Shown here piece by piece: positions 27,117-32,000 of a stretch of 32,000 nucleotides of DNA. Every line of letters starts with the position of its first letter. Position 1 is the stretch's first letter. The position numbers and the translations under genes are program-made. Source of the stretch: an uncultured archaeon (lineage in GTDB: Archaea; Iainarchaeota; Iainarchaeia; Iainarchaeales; CSSED10-239); assembly GCA_964586355.1 (NCBI GenBank), contig CAZPGO010000011.1:59220-91219 (forward strand). Direction: 5' to 3'. The notes under the pieces are model-generated. The model had not been told where the DNA came from, ran no database searches, and saw nothing but the letters and a program-made list of their open reading frames with translations.

Positions 27117-27788
27117 ATGTCAGAAAAAATAAAAATAATATGTGATCTAAGAGAAAGAGCTTCTCAAGTAATGTCAGAATTACAAAAACTAGGTACAGAT
27201 AAAATAGATGTGGAGATCTTAGAAGAACAACTATCTGTTGGAGACTACCAAATAACTGACGAGGTTGTTATAGAAAGAAAAACACTTGCAGATCTTAATG
27301 CCTCAATAATTGATGGAAGAATCTTTGATCAGATTGCAGATCTTTTAAAAATAAAAAAATCTGCATTAATTATTGAAGGCACTATTGATTATTTAGATAA
27401 TTCTAAAGGAATCAATAAAAAGGCAATAGTAGGTCTATTAACAAAAATTGGTTTAGAATACAGAATACCCATATTTTTTACAAAAAATCAAAAAGAAACC
27501 GCCCTTTTTCTTTATGTGGTTGCTAAAAGAGAACAACTAGAAAATAATAATAAAGAAAACAGATTAAGGTTTAGTAAAACAAAAATGTCCTTTTCAGAAA
27601 GACAATTGTTTATTATGGAGTCCTTTCCTGATGTAGGTCCAACTCTTGCAAAATCTTTGTTGTTGGAATTTAAAAGCATAAAAAATATAGCAAATGCAGA
27701 TCTAAAAGATCTACAAAAGGTTTCAAAAATGGGACCTAAAAAAGCACAAAAAATAAAATATCTTTTAGAGAGATCTTATTGTGATTAG
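27117..27788 (+). CDS. XPF/ERCC4-type nuclease with C-terminal (HhH)2, matching the nuclease half of Hef
   Basis: 223 aa. IICDLRE...SVGDYQI...VIERKTLADLNASIIDGRIFDQ (GDXnERKX3D signature). HhH region FPDVGPTLAKSLL...LQKVSKMGPKKAQKI. The start is 6 nt after the toxin stop. Confidence 0.85.
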   Translation: MSEKIKIICDLRERASQVMSELQKLGTDKIDVEILEEQLSVGDYQITDEVVIERKTLADLNASIIDGRIFDQIADLLKIKKSALIIEGTIDYLDNSKGINKKAIVGLLTKIGLEYRIPIFFTKNQKETALFLYVVAKREQLENNNKENRLRFSKTKMSFSERQLFIMESFPDVGPTLAKSLLLEFKSIKNIANADLKDLQKVSKMGPKKAQKIKYLLERSYCD

Positions 27789-27790
27789 TT

Positions 27791-28303
27791 TTATTTAATA
27801 GATCTTTGACTCATTTTTTCTATAAGCTCTGTTATTTTGTTTTTTGATCTTAGATTATATTTTTTAATAATCTTTTTTTGATTAAAACTTTTTGTAGTTA
27901 TTTTTGCAATTTTAAAATCTTCCCCAAGTAAAGAGAAAGCCAAGTTATCAGTGATTTTTTTATTTGATAGAAAACAAATAAAATATTTCTTAGAATCATT
28001 AGAATAATCTATATTTTTTAACTGATCAGTACAGTTAAGAGTTAACAAAAGCTCTTTGTAAATATCATTAGACACATTAAGTTTATCATAAAATCTATAT
28101 TTAGTAATAAATAGAGCCCAATTTAAATGTTCTAGGTTATAAGCCAGATAAGACGGAATTATCAAAACCTCTATATTTTTTTGCTTTTTTAGGTCTGCAA
28201 TCCTTTTTAAATAATTTTCTATAGTAATATTTGTTATAGATCCATATATATATTTAATATAGATCTTATTACTTTCAATTTCAAAACAAAAATCAGGGTT
28301 CAT
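27791..28303 (-). CDS. Possible Cgi121 (KEOPS subunit); otherwise hypothetical
   Basis: 170 aa. NLEHLNWALFITKYRFYDKLNVSNDIYKELLLTLNCTDQLKNI parallels archaeal Cgi121 (hvlhAinqA....ia.s...EiLv.asGqRQI.eAi). The comparison is from memory. Confidence 0.4.
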   Translation of the reverse strand: MNPDFCFEIESNKIYIKYIYGSITNITIENYLKRIADLKKQKNIEVLIIPSYLAYNLEHLNWALFITKYRFYDKLNVSNDIYKELLLTLNCTDQLKNIDYSNDSKKYFICFLSNKKITDNLAFSLLGEDFKIAKITTKSFNQKKIIKKYNLRSKNKITELIEKMSQRSIK

Positions 28304-28372
28304 AATTGTTTTGTAAGAAAAACAGTTTTTAAAGTAATTTGTAATATTTAAAATAATGGAGTGAATATTAAA

Positions 28373-28768
28373 ATGGTTGAATGGAAAAGAATTTCAAGAA
28401 GAAAATCCAGTGGTGGAATAAACAATGCAGTAAATGCAAAAACAAAGACCTTAGCAGATAAAGGAGGCTCTTTTGCAAAAACAACAATAGCAAAAGAAGA
28501 TAAAAGATATAAGAGTAGAACAATTGGCGGATCAGAAAAGCAAAAAGTAGCATTTATCTCAGCAATACAGATCTCTCAAGGAAATAAAACAAAGTCTGCA
28601 AAGTTAGTTGATGTTATTGAAAACAAAGCAAACAAACACTATGTAAGACAAAAAGTCATAACAAAAGGAGCTATTGTAAAAGCAATTGTTGATGACAAAG
28701 AAGTAAATGTAAAACTAACCTCAAGACCAGGACAATCAGGTCAAGTAATGGGTATTATTGTTAAATAG
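28373..28768 (+). CDS. rps8e: 30S ribosomal protein S8e
   Basis: 131 aa from ATG 28373 (GGAGTGA SD upstream; the track opens at GTG 28361). W..IS.RKSSGG near the N-terminus and SRPGQSGQV near the C-terminus. Confidence 0.85.
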   Translation: MVEWKRISRRKSSGGINNAVNAKTKTLADKGGSFAKTTIAKEDKRYKSRTIGGSEKQKVAFISAIQISQGNKTKSAKLVDVIENKANKHYVRQKVITKGAIVKAIVDDKEVNVKLTSRPGQSGQVMGIIVK

Positions 28769-28836
28769 TTTTTTTGTGATCATTTATAAAAAAACAAAAT
28801 CTTTTTAATAATATAAAAAAAGACCTTTTTAAAAAA

Positions 28837-28866
28837 AAAGAGCAAAAAAAAGCTCTTTATTTTTTA
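28837..28866 (+). terminator. Hairpin plus T-tract downstream of rps8e
   Basis: AAAGAGC-A8-GCTCTTT followed by attttttact. Archaeal termination mainly needs oligo-T, so the role of the hairpin is uncertain. Confidence 0.3.
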
Positions 28867-28875
28867 CTAATTTTT

Positions 28876-29358
28876 TTGTTTTTTTTTGCTATTATTTATT
28901 TATTATTAACAGAAACTTTTTTTTATAAACAGATCAATCTTTTTTATGGAATAGCTAGTAGTTTTTTATTAAATTTTTTTGGAATTTCTAATCTTTTTTT
29001 TTATGATAACGTACTTAAAAGTTCAACTGTTGTTATAAGCAGTTTAGAGTATCCATTAATCATAAATAAGCTATGTACAGGCATATTAGAATTTTCTTTA
29101 TTATCTGCAGCAATTTTAGCCTCTAAAGGAATACCAATAATAAAAAGAATAATTGGTTTTTTAATCTCTATATTAGTTGTTATGTTTTTTAATATTTTTA
29201 GAATATCTCTTACCGGTTATTTAATAGTACATTTAAATATTTTTTGGGCAGAAATATTTCATGCAGTGTTATTTAGATTATTTTTAGTAATTATTGTAAT
29301 TGGAACCTATTATCTTTGGTTTAAGAAAAATATAAAAAAAGAAAAATTGTGCCTTTAA
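28876..29358 (+). CDS. Minimal archaeosortase/exosortase-family membrane protein
   Basis: 160 aa, about 5 TM. The Cys/Arg/His triad is ordered as in exosortases: KLCTGILE ... FFNIFRISLTGY ... EIFHAVLF. The only canonical start in the open frame is TTG 28876. The frame is open back to 28780, so the N-terminus is uncertain. Confidence 0.6.
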   Translation: MFFFAIIYLLLTETFFYKQINLFYGIASSFLLNFFGISNLFFYDNVLKSSTVVISSLEYPLIINKLCTGILEFSLLSAAILASKGIPIIKRIIGFLISILVVMFFNIFRISLTGYLIVHLNIFWAEIFHAVLFRLFLVIIVIGTYYLWFKKNIKKEKLCL

Positions 29359-30170
29359 AAAAACCCTCAAAAAACCCAATAAGTTTTATAGGAGAAAAAA
29401 ACAAAACAATATTTACAGATGTTATTCCAACTATAAGAGAAGTACAAAGAAAAAAATACTCTGAAGAAATAAAGCAACAATCAAGAGAAGACAAAAAAGT
29501 AAAAGAGAATGTAAAATTATTAGAGCGAAGAATTGAGCATCGTTTTTTTAATAGAGATCCAAAAACAAATAAGAGAAAGCCTTTAAGGCTCTTAGATCTT
29601 TCTCCAAAAACCCAAAAAAGTTTAAGAAGATATTTATTTTTAAAAATAAAAAAATTTAATGTGGAAAAACTATCCTCAGAGCAAGTAGAAGAAATACTAG
29701 CTGATATTAGAAGGTTGTTGTTTGATATAAAAATAAAAAAAAACAAAAAACAACTTACATTAAAAAGCACTGCAAAAGAAGAATTGATTTCTGATCTAGT
29801 TCCTGATTATGATAAACTAAAAGATAAAGATAAAAGAGCAATTAATACAATCATAAATTATAATTTACGACTTATTACTAGAAATACATATTTAACAAAT
29901 GAAGAATATTCGCAATTAAGAGAAAAAATAAGTTTTGAAATAAGAAAAATTAAAACCAATTACACAATTATAGAAGACATAAAAGCAGAACTTTTATCAA
30001 ATCCTACAACAAAAAAAATATTTTCTAAATTAACTGATATTCAAAAACAGAAAAAATTAAAGTACTTAGATAAAATAATAAGATCAACACACAACTATGC
30101 AACACTTAATGGCAGAGCACTAATCGAAAGGAGATTTGCAAGGGAAATGCTTGGAAAAAAAAGAAAATAG
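29349..30170 (+). CDS. Hypothetical Lys/Arg-rich protein
   Basis: 273 aa, GTG start overlapping the archaeosortase-like gene by 10 nt. No family recognised. Confidence 0.55.
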   Translation: MPLKKPSKNPISFIGEKNKTIFTDVIPTIREVQRKKYSEEIKQQSREDKKVKENVKLLERRIEHRFFNRDPKTNKRKPLRLLDLSPKTQKSLRRYLFLKIKKFNVEKLSSEQVEEILADIRRLLFDIKIKKNKKQLTLKSTAKEELISDLVPDYDKLKDKDKRAINTIINYNLRLITRNTYLTNEEYSQLREKISFEIRKIKTNYTIIEDIKAELLSNPTTKKIFSKLTDIQKQKKLKYLDKIIRSTHNYATLNGRALIERRFAREMLGKKRK

Positions 30171-30172
30171 AT

Positions 30173-30556
30173 CTATTTCTGTTCTTTTATCATTTTTTTA
30201 ACTTGATCTACTGTGGTATACTCTAATGGATTAATATTATCTATAATATATTTCATTTCCTTTAACTCGTCAGATCTTGCATACCTTTTAGAAAAAAGTT
30301 CTAAAGTTGATTCAATATTTTTTACTTTTTGTTCTAGATTCTTTAATTTATTTAAAATTTCATTAATTTGATCACTATTAATTTCTGAGCCACTTGATAC
30401 AGATCCATTAGAGTTTGCGATCTTTTTATTTAAAATAAGTATATTTCTACCAAGTATTTTTTCATTATGAACCAAATACTTGATCTTTTGTGAAAGCACA
30501 AGTATACTTGACTGAAGGGCCTTAATATCTTGTGAGCTTTCGTGTTCGTCTGACAT
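30173..30556 (-). CDS. Hypothetical coiled-coil protein
   Basis: 127 aa with heptad-like segments (ILNKLKNLEQKVKNIESTLELF). No family recognised. Confidence 0.55.
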   Translation of the reverse strand: MSDEHESSQDIKALQSSILVLSQKIKYLVHNEKILGRNILILNKKIANSNGSVSSGSEINSDQINEILNKLKNLEQKVKNIESTLELFSKRYARSDELKEMKYIIDNINPLEYTTVDQVKKMIKEQK

Positions 30557-30770
30557 CTTTATTCCTATTTTTATTATTTTATAAAAAGTTCTAATATAAA
30601 ATATACTTGAAAAGTTTATAATATAATGTTTTTTAAAAAAATGTAAATTAACAATCTTTTTAAATGGTTTGCTTCAAATATATTTATTAATGATACAAAG
30701 TTAATTGCTTTCTACTTACAAAACACCCAAAACGAGAGTAACCACCTTTTATTTATCTAAAAAGAAAAAA

Positions 30771-32000
30771 ATGGAAAAAATTATGAATAAAAAAAATATA
30801 TTTTTGGCAATAATATCACTAATGTTTGTTTTAGGCATAAGTTCAGTTAGTGCTTTAAACTTTAATATAGATTCTTTAGTAATAAGCACAGAAACAGAAA
30901 ACTCTTATGCATCTTTACAATATGGAAACTATTATGATAATGTTTCATTAAGATTAGGCTTTAGAGCAAACGATCTAGTCTATGGTCAAAATCTACCAGT
31001 AGTAATAACTCCAAAAATATATGGTATTTTAGATAACGGTCAAGCACAATATCTTTATTCAGCACCACCAGTACAATATACTTTGTATAACACAGCAGTT
31101 CAAGAATATTATTATCCAAATATATTTTACTTACAGCCCCCATACACAGGTTATCAAGTACTAGTAGAAGCACACACATTAGTTCCTGCAAATATATACT
31201 ATGGAGTAAATGACGCTTATGTTTATGTTTCAGGATACCCAAATTACTATTACCCAGCAGAGCCAAATGATCCAGAGCAACCAGAATATCCTAGTAATGA
31301 TTGTTTTAATTTATCTTTATCAGGACAAAGTACTTTTTATATAAACGAAGATCAAGAAAAAGAATATAAATTATATATTGCAAACAACTCAAGTTTGCCA
31401 TTAACCATTCAATCAGTAATCACAACAGATCCTTCAAGACTAGATATAGAAGACATCTCTTATCCACACACAATCTCAGCAAACCAAACAAGATATGCAC
31501 AAATTGATTTTGTTGCTGATTCTGTTAGCAGTGATTATTCTTCTTTTTTTGATGTTGTTGTAAAAGGAAACTATGAAGATGGAACAATCTGTCAAAAAGC
31601 ATTTACTGTTGACTATATTATAAATGATAGAAGTTCAAATAATTCAGGAGAATGTGATGATATAATATTACATGATATAGAATTTACTCTAAACGAATTT
31701 CAAGAAATAGAAAAAGAAATAAGAATCAAAAACGAATCACTAGACTATGAATATATAATAGATTCTATAAATATTTATGATGATAGTTATGTTACAACAA
31801 ACATAACAGACTATCCAAGAAGACTTCCTGAAAACCAAGCAGACTACATAAAAATAAATTTTGAAGCAGAAGATATAACTAGAGATATTACAAGAAACCT
31901 AGATTTAAGAGTAAATGGGTATCTTAAAAGATCAGGAAGAGATGATAAAAGATGTAATATTAGATCAAATATAAAAATAAACTTAGTAGATCAAGGAAGC
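30771..32000 (+). CDS. Large secreted protein, 5'-partial view (runs off the window end; absent from the ORF track)
   Basis: I translated it by hand and found no stop from ATG 30771 (or ATG 30783) to 32000, 410 codons. Signal peptide NIFLAIISLMFVLGISSVSA, a Tyr/Pro-rich segment, then at least two Cys-bracketed modules of about 117 aa. The antisense track ORF 30961-31266 is a shadow of this gene. Confidence 0.8.
   Translation, partial: MEKIMNKKNIFLAIISLMFVLGISSVSALNFNIDSLVISTETENSYASLQYGNYYDNVSLRLGFRANDLVYGQNLPVVITPKIYGILDNGQAQYLYSAPPVQYTLYNTAVQEYYYPNIFYLQPPYTGYQVLVEAHTLVPANIYYGVNDAYVYVSGYPNYYYPAEPNDPEQPEYPSNDCFNLSLSGQSTFYINEDQEKEYKLYIANNSSLPLTIQSVITTDPSRLDIEDISYPHTISANQTRYAQIDFVADSVSSDYSSFFDVVVKGNYEDGTICQKAFTVDYIINDRSSNNSGECDDIILHDIEFTLNEFQEIEKEIRIKNESLDYEYIIDSINIYDDSYVTTNITDYPRRLPENQADYIKINFEAEDITRDITRNLDLRVNGYLKRSGRDDKRCNIRSNIKINLVDQGS

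Noticed and set aside
120-31266. Twenty-one ORFs in the supplied track lie antisense to, or inside, much better-supported genes: 120-371, 2315-2620, 3092-3295, 5289-5558, 5990-6205, 6744-6995, 8175-8360, 8893-9171, 9550-9732, 9696-9887, 16421-16654, 17009-17389, 19309-19560, 19732-19917, 20680-21090, 21165-21467, 21957-22241, 22724-22996, 28368-28553, 29321-29770, 30961-31266.
   Set aside because: Each overlaps a CDS with clear family motifs or a much longer frame. Their translations are low-complexity (Ile/Leu/Phe/Ser-rich), as expected for shadow frames in AT-rich DNA. None has a convincing SD.
1-32000. CRISPR arrays, rRNA genes, transposases, integrases and IS-like terminal inverted repeats.
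   Set aside because: I found no regularly spaced repeats, no long GC-rich structured RNA region other than the tRNAs, and no translation with recombinase or transposase motifs. The only convincing long repeat is the 59-bp pair at 23582 and 24203.

Overview
The window is a very AT-rich, tightly packed archaeal chromosome segment. Most genes have Shine-Dalgarno-like GGTGA/GGAGG motifs, and several use TTG or GTG starts. Gene content points to a small-genome, DPANN-like archaeon; this is an inference from content only. About two thirds is core information processing: three class II tRNA genes (one truncated by the window edge), PCNA, LonB, RNase Z, PheRS alpha and beta, a short MetRS, aIF5A, an Sm protein, enolase, the L1-P0-P1 stalk operon, S8e and a Cgi121-like protein. 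I found no rRNA, CRISPR array, transposase or integrase.

The observations worth follow-up are:
1. A HerA/FtsK-like ATPase with a long C-terminal extension, apparently co-transcribed with a 106-aa protein that looks like a single TBP repeat.
2. A six-gene same-strand cluster: NYN, a PATAN/DUF2226-like protein, a Roadblock-like protein, MinD, Sm and a membrane protein.
3. A small accessory island at 23.56-27.1 kb. It holds a 562-bp toxin-antitoxin-like cassette flanked by 59-bp direct repeats that duplicate the 3' end of a decayed SAM-methyltransferase gene. Next to it, a Hef helicase/nuclease is split into two genes with a RelE-type toxin-antitoxin pair between the halves.
4. A minimal archaeosortase-like membrane protein near a large secreted protein with tandem domains.
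5. A window-wide, frame-independent excess of the palindrome AGATCT.
6. A ribosomal stalk protein P0 that is unusually short.

All protein family calls come from reading the translations by eye. None has been checked against a database.
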